Source: an uncultured delta proteobacterium
Lineage (GTDB): Bacteria > Myxococcota_A > Polyangia > Haliangiales > Haliangiaceae
Assembly: GCA_963848295.1 (NCBI GenBank)
Contig: CAWKDB010000002.1
Location: 384,001-448,000 of the forward strand
Direction: 5' to 3'
Length of the DNA: 64,000 nt
Both the position numbers and the translations under genes were made by a program. The notes under the pieces were generated by a model. It made no database searches, was not told where the DNA came from, and was given only the letters and a program-made list of their open reading frames with translations. Below are positions 18,704 through 35,162 of this stretch, one piece after another (positions within the stretch are counted from its first letter, which is position 1; every line of letters starts with the position of its first letter).

Positions 18704-19995
18704 AGCGTCTGCCTCCCGGTGCCGATCATGTCGAGCAGCGCGCGTTTGAACGGCGCGGCGGCATCGAGCATGCCGATCACCGCCGCGGCGCCGACCCGTT
18801 GTCGCCACAGCATCACGCTCGACGCGGGCAACCGGATGCCGCCCGCCCCGAGCGCCGCCGCGGTCGACCGCGCGAGCTCGGCGGCGTAGGCGTCGTCCCA
18901 GCGGAAGTCGCCAGCCGAGGCGAGCGGCGCCGCGAGCGCGCGCTCCCAATCGCGATGAGCCGTCGTCGCCAGCGTGCGGGTCCGCGCGAGCAAGCCCGAC
19001 CGAGCGATGCCCATGCGAAAGCGCTCCGCCGCGCTCTCGGCATCGGAGTCGACCAAGGCCCACCACAGCTCTTTGTCGGCGTCGCGGGCGTCGTCGGTCA
19101 GCTCGACCGAGCAACCGAAATCCAGGGCCCACACGATCGCGTGGCCGTCGGCTTCGACGTCGATGAGGAAGTTCCCGGGGTTCGGATCGGCGTTGAATCG
19201 GCCGAACCGCAACGCGCTGCCCCACGCGAACCGATAGATCGCGAGCGCGGCCTGGCGCCGGAGCTCGACGTCACCGGTCGCCGCGACATCGGCAACCGTT
19301 CTGCCCTTCGCGCGCGTCATCGTCAGCACCCGCCCGGCGCTGCGATCCGCGACCACGGTCGGCACGCGCAGCACCGCATCGCCGGTCCACGCCTCGGCGA
19401 ACGCCGTCTGCGCCGCGGCTTCCGCACGGTAATCGAGCTCGCCGCGGACCGCGGCGCCGAGGGCCGCGAGCGCTTCGTCGTCGAGCGAGCGGCCGACGTC
19501 GGAGCCCGCGAGCTTGCGCACGAAACCGACGTCATCGAGGTCGGCGCGCAGCGCCTCGGCGACGCCCGGGTACTGGACCTTGACGACGACCGCGGTGCCA
19601 TCGCCGAGGGTCGCGGCATGGACCTGGCCGAGTGAAGCGGCCGCGATCGGCGTGGCATCCCAGCTCGCGAACAGCCGCTGCGGTGGAGCGCCGAGCTCTT
19701 GCTCGACGACGCGCGCGATCGCCGCGGCGGACTCCGCCGGCGCGCGATCCCAGAGCCCGCCGAGCGCCCGCCGCGCGACCGCGTTGCCCGGCGTGTACGC
19801 CGCGAGTTGCGCGACCTTCGCGAGGCCGCCCTTGAGCCGGCCCGCCTGCGCCGCGAGCGCGCGTGCCGCTTCTTCGTCGACCACGAGGTCATCGTCGTCG
19901 GACGGCGATGGATCGGTCGTGACGACTTGCTTCGCCCTCGCCCACCAGCGCGCCCAGCCGACCCGGCGCTCGGCCGCTCTGCGCTCGGCGGTCAA
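18697..19995 (-). CDS. ABC1/UbiB (AarF) family atypical kinase
   Basis: LKGGLAKVAQ, PIAAASLGQVH, VVVKVQYPGV, ELDYRAEA, NADPNPGNF, LDFG; probable TTG start overlapping the upstream stop. Confidence 0.9.
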   Translation of the reverse strand: MTAERRAAERRVGWARWWARAKQVVTTDPSPSDDDDLVVDEEAARALAAQAGRLKGGLAKVAQLAAYTPGNAVARRALGGLWDRAPAESAAAIARVVEQELGAPPQRLFASWDATPIAAASLGQVHAATLGDGTAVVVKVQYPGVAEALRADLDDVGFVRKLAGSDVGRSLDDEALAALGAAVRGELDYRAEAAAQTAFAEAWTGDAVLRVPTVVADRSAGRVLTMTRAKGRTVADVAATGDVELRRQAALAIYRFAWGSALRFGRFNADPNPGNFLIDVEADGHAIVWALDFGCSVELTDDARDADKELWWALVDSDAESAAERFRMGIARSGLLARTRTLATTAHRDWERALAAPLASAGDFRWDDAYAAELARSTAAALGAGGIRLPASSVMLWRQRVGAAAVIGMLDAAAPFKRALLDMIGTGRQTLW

Positions 19996-21923
19996 GACGT
20001 CGTCACCTTCGGCAACTCGGACGGCCTGATCAGCGGCGCGCTCCCCGGATCGTTGGGATCGTCGGGACAATCGCCGACCGTGGTGAGCCTCGGCCCGGAG
20101 TCGTCGATCCAGAACAGCTCGACCCGGTTCTTGCCGGTCTTCTTCGCCCGGTACAGCGCGCGGTCGGCGTTGCGCACGAGATCCTCGCCGGTGCTCGCCT
20201 TGCTCTCGGGATAGGCCGCGATGCCGAGCGAGGCGGTCACGGTCAAGACTTTCGGCGGATCCTCGTCGGTGGTGAGCCGGAGCTCGGCGATCGCGCCGCG
20301 GATGCGCTCGGCGAGGTTGTACGCGGCGACCATCTCGGTGCGCGGCAGGATCACGGCGATCTCTTCCCCGCCGTAGCGAGCGGCGGTATCGACGCCGCGC
20401 ATCTGCCCTTTGACGACGTTCGAGATCGCGCGGAGCACGCGATCGCCGACGAGGTGGCCGAACGTGTCGTTCAGGTGTTTGAAGTCGTCGACGTCCATCA
20501 TGATGACCGAGAACGCCGTCCCGTAGCGCTTGCTGCGCTCGACCTCCTCTTCGATGCGCGCATCGAAGTAGCGCCGCACGAACAAGCTCGTCAGGCCGTC
20601 GACCATCGCGAGCTCGTAGAGGTGCGCGTTCTGTAACGCGCCGGCGATCTGCAGACCGAGCGACTCGAGCAGTCGTTCGTCGTCGACGCGAAACGCCGCC
20701 TTGCGCGTGCTCTGCACCGCGATCACGCCCTCGCACACGCCGTACATGAACAGCGGCACCCCGAGCCACGAGCGAATTCCGTGACCGCCGCGGCCACCGC
20801 CCGAGCCGTCTTCGTCCGCGAGATCGGCGATCCGCCGCAGCTTGCCGGACGTCATCACCGAGCCGGCGAGGCCTTGCCCGTCGGACATCGGGCGACGGAA
20901 GAACTTGTCACCGAGCCGGTCGTAGCCGTCGAAGACGAGCTCGGTGTCGCGCCCGGCGCGGCGATGCACGAGCGTCACCGCTTCGGCCTCGGGCACCGCC
21001 TTGCACGTCTCGCGCGCGACCGCCTCGACGAGCTCTTCGAGCTGGAGCGACGATGCGAGCCGGCGAGCGGTGGCGTTGAGGACCTCGAGCTCCTGGACGC
21101 GATCGTTGAGCTCCTCTCGAGCCCGGGTCAGCCGCGCGAACACGTAGTTGATCAACAAGTAGGTCAGCGACAGCAGCACGAAGCCGAGGTGCTCGTCGGG
21201 ATCGTAGAGCAGCACGAGCACGACGCCGATCGGCATGAGCGACGCTTCCGCCGCGATTCCGGGAACTGCGAGCTCCCTGATGTACGCGCGCCAACTCTGG
21301 CCGAGCAGCCTTTGCCTCACGCCTTGCAGGGCGTAGTGCGTCACGAGCAGCGAGCTCGCGATCGCGACGACATGCACCGTCGCTTCGATCGCGGTCGGCG
21401 TGGCGCCGATCGAATCAGCGCCCCAGACATGCCCCCAGATCGCGAGCAAGCCGCCGCTGATCCCGCCGAAGTACAACACGTAGCCGAGCTCGGCGACCCA
21501 CCCGTCGGGATCGACTCGGCCGCGCCGGCGCGCCACGATCAGCCGAACCAGCGCGTCGACGGTGAGCGCCGCAGCGACCAGTCGGCCGGCGTCGATCGAG
21601 CCGACGCACAGCGCGGCGGCCACGTAGTACGCCGAGTCGAGCGACAGGACGCTGCCTTCGCGCAAGCGGAACGCGAGCGCGCGCGCCGCCAGGATCACGA
21701 CTACGAACAACCCGATCGCGAGCGGGCTCGTCGGTGCCGCGGCGACTCCGACCGCCCGCGAACCAAGCACGACTCCCCAGCCGAGCGCGCCGAGCGCGAT
21801 CGTGTAGAGAAGCACCGCGCGATGTGTGCGCGGATGCGGTGTGATCGGCTCCGATTCGGTCGAGCGCCGATCGCGTGATCGCGACGCCACGCGCCTACTT
21901 ACCACGCTGAAAACGTCGCCCAA
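19992..21923 (-). CDS. Membrane-bound GAF-GGDEF diguanylate cyclase
   Basis: Multiple N-terminal TM helices, GAF (SWLGVPL...GVIAVQS), DGLTSL, DVDDFKHLND, RxxD I-site (RGVD), RYGGEEI; start uncertain. Confidence 0.92.
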   Translation of the reverse strand: MGDVFSVVSRRVASRSRDRRSTESEPITPHPRTHRAVLLYTIALGALGWGVVLGSRAVGVAAAPTSPLAIGLFVVVILAARALAFRLREGSVLSLDSAYYVAAALCVGSIDAGRLVAAALTVDALVRLIVARRRGRVDPDGWVAELGYVLYFGGISGGLLAIWGHVWGADSIGATPTAIEATVHVVAIASSLLVTHYALQGVRQRLLGQSWRAYIRELAVPGIAAEASLMPIGVVLVLLYDPDEHLGFVLLSLTYLLINYVFARLTRAREELNDRVQELEVLNATARRLASSLQLEELVEAVARETCKAVPEAEAVTLVHRRAGRDTELVFDGYDRLGDKFFRRPMSDGQGLAGSVMTSGKLRRIADLADEDGSGGGRGGHGIRSWLGVPLFMYGVCEGVIAVQSTRKAAFRVDDERLLESLGLQIAGALQNAHLYELAMVDGLTSLFVRRYFDARIEEEVERSKRYGTAFSVIMMDVDDFKHLNDTFGHLVGDRVLRAISNVVKGQMRGVDTAARYGGEEIAVILPRTEMVAAYNLAERIRGAIAELRLTTDEDPPKVLTVTASLGIAAYPESKASTGEDLVRNADRALYRAKKTGKNRVELFWIDDSGPRLTTVGDCPDDPNDPGSAPLIRPSELPKVTTS

Positions 21924-21940
21924 AAAAGATCGATAATTCC

Positions 21941-21983
21941 GAAAGCGAAAAAGAGGCCCACCACCTCTGGTGGCGACCTCTTC
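21941..21983 (-). terminator. Probable intrinsic terminator downstream of the small ORF and upstream of the cyclase
   Basis: Plus strand AAGAGG-cc-CACCA-cctc-TGGTG-gcga-CCTCTT hairpin; T-rich run follows on the minus strand. Confidence 0.6.
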
Positions 21984-22027
21984 TAGGTAGGTCGACGTGG
22001 GTTAGCGTGTGCTAACCCGCGCGGTTC

Positions 22028-22201
22028 TTAGATGTCGATGATCATGACTCCACGCTCGCCTTCTTCGCGTGGCGGCGTAACTGTCGGCTTCTCGTCGTCC
22101 CGGTAGCGCTCGACGGGCAGCTCGATCCGCCCGCCTTCCTGCTCGCGGCGCTGTTCCTCTTCACGTTTGAGGATTTCTTCGATAATCCAGGGATCCAACA
22201 T
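22028..22201 (-). CDS. Small acidic protein (57 aa), absent from the ORF track
   Basis: MLDPWIIEEILKREEEQRREQEGGRIELPVERYRDDEKPTVTPPREEGERGVMIIDI*; SD-like GAAAGG upstream; resembles small conserved myxobacterial proteins. Confidence 0.75.
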   Translation of the reverse strand: MLDPWIIEEILKREEEQRREQEGGRIELPVERYRDDEKPTVTPPREEGERGVMIIDI

Positions 22202-22578
22202 GGCGGACCGCCTTTCGCGGAGTCTGCTGTGACCTAACTAGGCGTGAACGCGTAGCTCCTGACCCTTTACGCTGCAACCTGCGGGCCTTTGGATGGCCGA
22301 TCCCGCAGTTCTATTCTAACGCATGATAATCACCGACGCTCGAATTCCCGACGAGGAAATTGTCATGACAAGAGATCGACCGGTTCGCGCCAATGTTGGG
22401 CCTCCGAACCCCACTAACGCGGCAAGCCGTCACGGTTTCGTGAGCCCGCACAGCGAGTTGACGCGATCGCGCGGCATCTGACCTTTTTGCGGAGCACGGT
22501 GACGCAAAGCGCGCTCGCCAGTCGGGCAGGTGTGCAGTTCCCCACACCGTGGCTGACCGCCTAGCCAGTAGCCGGCCG

Positions 22579-23223
22579 CTAGTCGAGCTTCTTGAGCTTC
22601 CACTGTCCGTCTTGGCGGACGAACTCGACTTCGTACTTGTCGCCGTAGCCCAGTCGCGCGTCGTTGCCGTGCTCGATGATCGGCTCGTCGATGTTGGTCT
22701 CGAGCGAGCTCATCAGCGCTTCGATCTGGGGCTTACTCGGCCCGGTGAACTGCGCCTTGAGCTTCGCGGTGTCCATCTTCTCGCGATACTCGTTCGGCAC
22801 GAACCGCAGCATGACGTCCCAGCGCTCGAGCCGATACGCGCGCAGGAACGACACCAGCGCGGCCTTCGGGGTCGACTGGTCGTAGAACGCGAGCGGGTTC
22901 GTCGCGATCCGCCAGCGCCCGCCCTCCTCGACGAGCTCTAGCTTGTCGCCAAGGCCGTACTCGAGCTCGGCCGAGACGTCCATCGAGCCGTGTCGACCGC
23001 GCAACCGATCGGCGGTCTCGTCGACTTCGCGCGGGTTCTCTTTCATCATCCGCACGTAGTCTTCGCGCGACACCTTGCCACGAAAATTCGACGACATCAG
23101 ATCGTACGCCGCGCCGTAGTCGTGACCGCGCAGCTTGCCGCTGTACTGGTCGAGCGTCTGCCCCGGCCCCGGGCCGTGCGAGCACCCCGCCGCGATCATC
23201 AAAACCAGGAGCGCGTTTCGCAT
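22579..23223 (-). CDS. Lipoprotein with two internally repeated (NTF2-like) units
   Basis: MRNALLVLMIAAGC; halves end LELVEEGGRWRI and VEFVRQDGQWKL. Confidence 0.75.
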   Translation of the reverse strand: MRNALLVLMIAAGCSHGPGPGQTLDQYSGKLRGHDYGAAYDLMSSNFRGKVSREDYVRMMKENPREVDETADRLRGRHGSMDVSAELEYGLGDKLELVEEGGRWRIATNPLAFYDQSTPKAALVSFLRAYRLERWDVMLRFVPNEYREKMDTAKLKAQFTGPSKPQIEALMSSLETNIDEPIIEHGNDARLGYGDKYEVEFVRQDGQWKLKKLD

Positions 23224-23232
23224 CCAGCCTCG

Positions 23233-24504
23233 TTATAGCGAAGCCGGCGCAGGCTCGCCAGCCTTTGCCCGCGCATGGTCGGCGGCAAACGTCCGCGTCG
23301 CCCTCGCCATGAACACGACGGCGAAACCGAGCGCGCCGGTCGGCACCCAGATCGCGGTGTGCGGGGAATAGGCCTCGGACACCGCACCGGTGATCCACGA
23401 CGATGGCGCCGTGCCGATGATGTGCATCGTGAAGATCACGAGGCCCTGGGCAGCGACGACGCGCGACGGCGGTGCGAGATCATCGACCGTCACGGCCATC
23501 GGCGCGTGGTACCAGAAGCTGAAGAAGAACGTCGCGATGCCGGCGATGTAGAGTGCCGGGCCGGGTGCCAGCTCGATGCACAAGATCCCCGAGGGGATCG
23601 TCAGGGCCATGCCGAGCGTCATCGTCCACAGCCGGCCGGCGATGTTGCGCCGGCGCATGGCGTCGGCGATCCGAGCGCCCGCGACGACACCGGCGAATGC
23701 GCCGGTCAGGCCGATCGTGACCAGGTTCGTCGCCGCTGCTTTCGACATCAACTTGTCTTTCTCGAGAAAGTCGATCAGCCATGCGTTGAACCCGCCGGCC
23801 GCAAACGCCATCGCGATCGTCGACAAGATGATCCAGCGCAGCGTGGGGATCGCGAGCAACTCGCGCGCCTCGGCGATGAACGCACGACCGACCGACGTGA
23901 AGTAGCCCGACGCTCCGGCCGGCGCGTCCTGCGTCTGGTGACCGGGATGCGGTGGCACCGGGAGCGCGAGCACCGCGACCGCGAGCGCGAGCCCGGGCAC
24001 CCCCATCGCGACGACGACGAGCGGGAACCCGAGCGCACCACCGACGACGAAGCCCGCGGCGCCGCCGAACAACAGGCCGAGGTTGAAGATCGCCATCCGG
24101 CTCGCCTTGACCGGGCCGTCGAACATCTGGCCGAGGATCGAGTTCGCGACCGGCACGACCGCGGCGGTCCCGAGGCCGACGAACACGCGACTGATCACGA
24201 GCTCCGGCACGGTCGTCGCAAAAGCGCCGGCGATTCCCGCGAGGCTCGCGATCGCCATGCCGACCGCGATCACGCGCCGCCGATCGTAGCGGTCGCCGGC
24301 CCAGCCGAACGGCAGCGTCGCGAGCGCGTGCGGGATCAGGAACGCGGTGGTCAGTAGGCCGAGCTTCGCGTCGTGCAGGCCGAACTTCGCGCGCAGATCG
24401 TCGTAGAGGTTGAACAGCGAGTTGCGCGCGGCGTACGCGGCGAGGTTGGTCAGCGCCAGCACGGCGAGCACGGTCCCGGCTGCGCCGCGCCGCGGTTGGC
24501 TCAT
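23233..24504 (-). CDS. MFS transporter, Spinster-like
   Basis: About 12 TM; TNLAAYAARN...KFGLHDAKLGLLTTAF...PFGWAGDRYDRRRVIAVG motif A. Confidence 0.85.
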   Translation of the reverse strand: MSQPRRGAAGTVLAVLALTNLAAYAARNSLFNLYDDLRAKFGLHDAKLGLLTTAFLIPHALATLPFGWAGDRYDRRRVIAVGMAIASLAGIAGAFATTVPELVISRVFVGLGTAAVVPVANSILGQMFDGPVKASRMAIFNLGLLFGGAAGFVVGGALGFPLVVVAMGVPGLALAVAVLALPVPPHPGHQTQDAPAGASGYFTSVGRAFIAEARELLAIPTLRWIILSTIAMAFAAGGFNAWLIDFLEKDKLMSKAAATNLVTIGLTGAFAGVVAGARIADAMRRRNIAGRLWTMTLGMALTIPSGILCIELAPGPALYIAGIATFFFSFWYHAPMAVTVDDLAPPSRVVAAQGLVIFTMHIIGTAPSSWITGAVSEAYSPHTAIWVPTGALGFAVVFMARATRTFAADHARAKAGEPAPASL

Positions 24505-25793
24505 GGCTCGCCGGTGTCGTGCACGACGACGTCGTAGGCACCCTCGGCAGTCGACGATTCCGCCCCGCGCACCCGCACGACCGCCTGCGCACCCGCCGGC
24601 ACCGTACCGGCGACGCGCTCGGCCGCGCCTTTGCCGGAGTGATCGGCCTTCGCGATCGATTTGCCGTCGACGAAGAGCTCGGCCGAGAGGTCGACGTCGG
24701 CTGGCGTGTCGACCGTCACCTCGATCGTGCGCTCGACCGTGCCTTTCGCGATCGCGAAGCAGTCGACGTCACCCGGCGTGAACGTCGCGTGGACGATCGT
24801 GCGATCCGCGGGAATCGCGTACGGCTTGTCGATCGTGTCGTCGGGCTCGACCTCCGCATCGGTGCCGACGACGTGCCCGGTGACCTTCAACTGATACGCC
24901 GTCTCCGGGTTCGAGCGATCTGCTTTCACCGTGATGTATTGATAGGGAGCACCGCCGGCCGCGACGACCGGCACCAGACCGCGCACGATCACCGGCTGAC
25001 CGCGCGGCGCCTTGCGGTCGACGAGCGGAGTGCCGATCGCGTCGGTGATGATCAACTCGAGCGCGGAGCCTTCGACCGCCGAGACCTCGACATCGATCGC
25101 GTTATTTGCAGACAGCGCCTCGACCGACAGCTTCCACACGTCGACATCGCCGGTCCATCCGATAAATGCGGTGACGACATCGCCGACCAGCAAGTCGTTT
25201 GCGGCGCCGCGATCATCATCGGGCTCGCGCTCGGCGCCAGCCGCGGGCTGCGCGAGCTGGAGCGAGAGCTCGTAGACCGGCGCGGGCTTGTCCGCCGCGC
25301 TCCCGGCGTCGCCCTTCTTCGGCTTGCCGGCCCGCTTGTGGGCGATCGCATAGACCACCGCGGTGTAGCGACCCGGAGTCACCGCGAAGTTCGGAATGCC
25401 CTCGCGCACGCGCACGCCACCGCGATCCGACTTCGCGACGACCGTGCCGTTCGCATCCTCGAGCGCGACCGCGAGGTCTTGGCCCTCGACCGCCGACAAT
25501 GCGAGCGCAAGGACGCCCGCCCGCTCGATATCGATCCGATAGTGGTCGACATCGGTGTCGGGGTCGATCGTACCGCGCGCCGTGGCGCCGAGCGGCAAAG
25601 GTGTCGCGACGTCATCGCCGTCGTTCGGCTCGTGCTCCTCGATCACCTGGCCCGCCTTGCCGCCGCCGGCGTCCGGCAACTGGACCTGGGTGACGACCTC
25701 GACCGGCGCCGCACTGCCGTTACGATGCGGCGCGCCCTTGCTGCCGCCACCACCGCACGCGGCGATCAGCGCGAGAGCGGCGAGCGTGCGCAC
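24501..25793 (-). CDS. Lipoprotein with three PPC-like (pre-peptidase C-terminal) repeats
   Basis: Lipobox IAACGG; repeats EHEPNDGDD...DVDHY, EREPDDDRG...DVDVW, EVEPDDTID...DVDCF. Confidence 0.75.
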   Translation of the reverse strand: MRTLAALALIAACGGGGSKGAPHRNGSAAPVEVVTQVQLPDAGGGKAGQVIEEHEPNDGDDVATPLPLGATARGTIDPDTDVDHYRIDIERAGVLALALSAVEGQDLAVALEDANGTVVAKSDRGGVRVREGIPNFAVTPGRYTAVVYAIAHKRAGKPKKGDAGSAADKPAPVYELSLQLAQPAAGAEREPDDDRGAANDLLVGDVVTAFIGWTGDVDVWKLSVEALSANNAIDVEVSAVEGSALELIITDAIGTPLVDRKAPRGQPVIVRGLVPVVAAGGAPYQYITVKADRSNPETAYQLKVTGHVVGTDAEVEPDDTIDKPYAIPADRTIVHATFTPGDVDCFAIAKGTVERTIEVTVDTPADVDLSAELFVDGKSIAKADHSGKGAAERVAGTVPAGAQAVVRVRGAESSTAEGAYDVVVHDTGEP

Positions 25794-26242
25794 TACGTCA
25801 CCTTGGAACGATCGGCGAGCCCAGCCAGGAATTCCGCTTGCGACACTACGTTGCCGTCGACGGTGATGATGCCTTTCATCTTGAAGATCTTGCCTTTGCG
25901 CAGCGGCACGACCTCGATCCGCAGCTGATCTCCAGGCGTCACGGCCTTGCGAAACTTCACCTGGTCGATCGCCATGAACAGCATGACCTGGGTCGCGGCG
26001 TCGAACGCGACCGACTTGCTCGCCAGGATGCCGCCCGCTTGCGCCATCGCCTCGATCTGGAGCACGCCCGGCATCACCGGCGCTCCGGGGAAGTGGCCCT
26101 GGAAGTACGGCTCGTTGAACGTGACGTTCTTGAGCGCGACCACCTTGTCCTCGCTGACCTCGAGCACGCGATCGATCAGCAGAAACGGATAGCGATGCGG
26201 CAGTAGGCCGAGGATCTGCTCGGCCTTTAGGGCTGGCTCCAT
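25793..26242 (-). CDS. fabZ: 3-hydroxyacyl-ACP dehydratase FabZ
   Basis: [13 protein letters not shown]...[31 protein letters not shown]. Confidence 0.97.
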   Translation of the reverse strand: MEPALKAEQILGLLPHRYPFLLIDRVLEVSEDKVVALKNVTFNEPYFQGHFPGAPVMPGVLQIEAMAQAGGILASKSVAFDAATQVMLFMAIDQVKFRKAVTPGDQLRIEVVPLRKGKIFKMKGIITVDGNVVSQAEFLAGLADRSKVT

Positions 26243-26338
26243 CGAGCCAGTTGTATCACCGCAGTGCCGCGCTGCGCGCGACCTGCGGTGCAAGCCCACC
26301 CTCCACCTGCCGCCGCCGCTCGCTTCGCTCGCTGAACC

Positions 26339-26860
26339 TCATCTCATCTCGGCGTTGAGCTTCGGCGTGAGGTCGAGAGCGGCATCGGCGTAGAGCAGGC
26401 CGGCGCGGTCGAGGATCACGCTGACGCCTTCGGCCTTCGCGAGCGCTTCGATCTTCGGGCTCGCGGTCTTCAACAGTCCCTCGGTCAGCTTCGCCCGTTC
26501 GTCTGCGAGGTCGCGCTCGAGCTTCATGTAGGTCTGCTGCAGCGCGACGAACTGCTTCTGGAGCTCCTCTTTCTTCGCCTGCAGCACGTCGGGCTTTAGC
26601 ACTGCGGCCTGCTTCTGCAGATCGGCGTCAGCCTTCTTGAGCTGGTCCTGCTCCCGGTCGAGCTCGTCCTGCTTGCCCTTGCGCGTCTTCTCGAACGCAT
26701 CGCTGGCGCGCTTGCCCGCGGGGGTGTCGCGCAGCGTGCTGTCGAAGTCGATCACGCCGATTTTCGGGTTCGACGGAACCGCGCTGCCCGCGAGACCGCT
26801 GAGCACCGGGCTCACCATCAAGCCGAGACCGAGACACGCTAATGCCGAGTACCGATTCAT
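26339..26860 (-). CDS. skp: Periplasmic chaperone Skp/OmpH
   Basis: Signal peptide, KIGVID, long coiled coil, AKAEGVSVILD...LLYA...DLT; directly downstream of bamA. Confidence 0.9.
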   Translation of the reverse strand: MNRYSALACLGLGLMVSPVLSGLAGSAVPSNPKIGVIDFDSTLRDTPAGKRASDAFEKTRKGKQDELDREQDQLKKADADLQKQAAVLKPDVLQAKKEELQKQFVALQQTYMKLERDLADERAKLTEGLLKTASPKIEALAKAEGVSVILDRAGLLYADAALDLTPKLNAEMR

Positions 26861-26918
26861 GGGCCACCTCATACAGCGACTTCGACGTCGGAGCAAACCC
26901 GTTTCTTCATCGATAGAC

Positions 26919-29521
<2,603 letters not shown>

Positions 29522-29525
<4 letters not shown>

Positions 29526-30343
29526 GAATGGACCTCGTCCCCCACCGGCGCGGCGTTGGCTTCGGTCACGACCGGACCGCGATGCGGCGAGACCTGCTCC
29601 TCCATCAGCCGGCCACCGTCGACCATGCGCAGGCGCCGCGGCATGAGCTCGGCGAGCGCCGGATTGTGGGTCACGATCAGCAGCGTCGAGCCGCGCTCCT
29701 GATTGAGCTCGACGAACAAGTGGTGGATCGCCTCGCCGGTTGCGCGATCGAGATTCCCGGTCGGCTCGTCGGCGAGCAACAGCGACGGCTGGAGCACCAT
29801 CGCGCGAGCGAGCGCGACGCGTTGTTGCTCGCCTCCGGACAGCTCGCCCGGCCGGTGCGTCAAGCGATGGCTGAGCCCGACGCGATGCAGGATGTCCTCG
29901 GCGAGCTTGCGCGCCGCCGGCACCGCGATGCGCTGGATCAGCGCCGGCATCATCACGTTCTCGACCGCGGTGAACTCCGGCAGCAGGTGATGGAACTGGA
30001 AGACGAAGCCGATCCGGCGATTGCGGAACTCGGCGAGCTTGGTCGGCGAGAACGTCGTCAGCTCCTCGCCGTCGAACTTGATCGAGCCCGAGGTCGGCAG
30101 GTCGAGCGTGCCGAGGAGCTGGAGCAGCGTCGACTTACCGACCCCCGAGGCACCGACCACGGCAACCATATCGCCGGCGTCGAGCACGAGATCGACATCG
30201 GTCAAGACGTGCAGCGACTGCCCGCTGTGCGAGTACGCCTTGCCCAGCCCTTTGACCTCGAGGCGCGCGCCGCGCTTGGGGCCAGCCGCAGGACGCGGGG
30301 CCGCGGCATTCTGGTCCGGCTCGGCGGCTGGCTCGTCTGTCAC
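29522..30343 (-). CDS. lolD: Lipoprotein-releasing ABC transporter ATPase LolD
   Basis: [52 protein letters not shown]; start uncertain (GTG 30343). Confidence 0.9.
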
Positions 30344-30488
30344 TGGAAACCCTAAAAGGCGCGAGAACTTACTTCCGTGTTCGCGCACCTGTCAACGCGG
30401 GTTGAGACCGAGCAGCAGGCTCCGTGGTTGCCTGACGATCCCGCGATCGCATCGAGACGGGCACCCGTGAGCTGGCACTCTCCGGCAG

Positions 30489-31034
30489 CTACAGCGAGAG
30501 CGTGACGCCGAGCGTCCACAACCCGGAGCTCTGGTCGACCGGCTTGGGGGCCTGCGAGCTCGACATCCCCGCATCGAGCCGCTGGTAGTCGGCGAACACC
30601 GAGGCGCCGCCGATCGGCGTGTGGAACCGGTACTCGAAACCCGCGCCGAGCAGATAGCCGGAGCCGTCGAAGGTGTTGTACTTCGAATCAGTCGTCAGCC
30701 AGGTGTGTTGGAGGCCGAGGCGAACGAAAGCCTCGAAGCCACTCCCGAGGGGCAGGCTGCCTTTCGCGACCGCGGCCAGCGAGGTCGCCTCGTACGGCGC
30801 GGTCTGGTTATTGACCTCGCCGAACCGGGTGACCGCGCCCTCGAGCGACAGATACTTGATCAGGCGATACCCGCCGAACAGCCGGTAGCTGCGGCCGTCG
30901 TCGTGGAACTTTCCGAGCGTGCCATCGCCGTTCAGATCTGCGCTGCTGCCGACGCCCAACCCCAAATACGGCGCGGCCGAAGCGGCCGTTGTCGACGCGG
31001 CGAGCACGACAGCGACCACGAACGTGCGGTTCAT
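30489..31034 (-). CDS. Small OmpA-like outer-membrane beta-barrel protein
   Basis: Signal peptide; YLGLGVG, FGGYRL...LSLEG, LLGAGFEYRF, terminal WTLGVTLSL. Confidence 0.8.
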   Translation of the reverse strand: MNRTFVVAVVLAASTTAASAAPYLGLGVGSSADLNGDGTLGKFHDDGRSYRLFGGYRLIKYLSLEGAVTRFGEVNNQTAPYEATSLAAVAKGSLPLGSGFEAFVRLGLQHTWLTTDSKYNTFDGSGYLLGAGFEYRFHTPIGGASVFADYQRLDAGMSSSQAPKPVDQSSGLWTLGVTLSL

Positions 31035-31046
31035 GACCGCACGCAA

Positions 31047-31062
31047 TTCACGCAGCGTGCCA
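31047..31062 (-). promoter_or_regulatory. Putative sigma54 promoter for the small OMP gene
   Basis: TGGCACG-CTGC-GTGAA (perfect -24, degenerate -12); predicted start site falls near the ATG. Confidence 0.45.
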
Positions 31063-31132
31063 GCCGCCAACGGTGCGAGATGGTACGACTCGTCGATACC
31101 CATCGTAGCCAGGTGGTCACACCACGCGGGCT

Positions 31133-33418
<2,286 letters not shown>

Positions 33419-33425
33419 GCGCCCG

Positions 33426-35126
<1,701 letters not shown>

Positions 35127-35162
35127 GGCGGCGGACCATATCACCTGTGCTAAGACGCCGAC

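Noticed and set aside
22420..22520. c-di-GMP-I riboswitch (GGCAAGCCGT...ACGGTGACGCAAAGC) near the cyclase
   Set aside because: P2 would be far too long, no matching P3 or tetraloop receptor, and it faces no plus-strand gene
30389..30488. Known riboswitch upstream of lolD
   Set aside because: A stem-loop is possible, but there is no recognisable aptamer consensus
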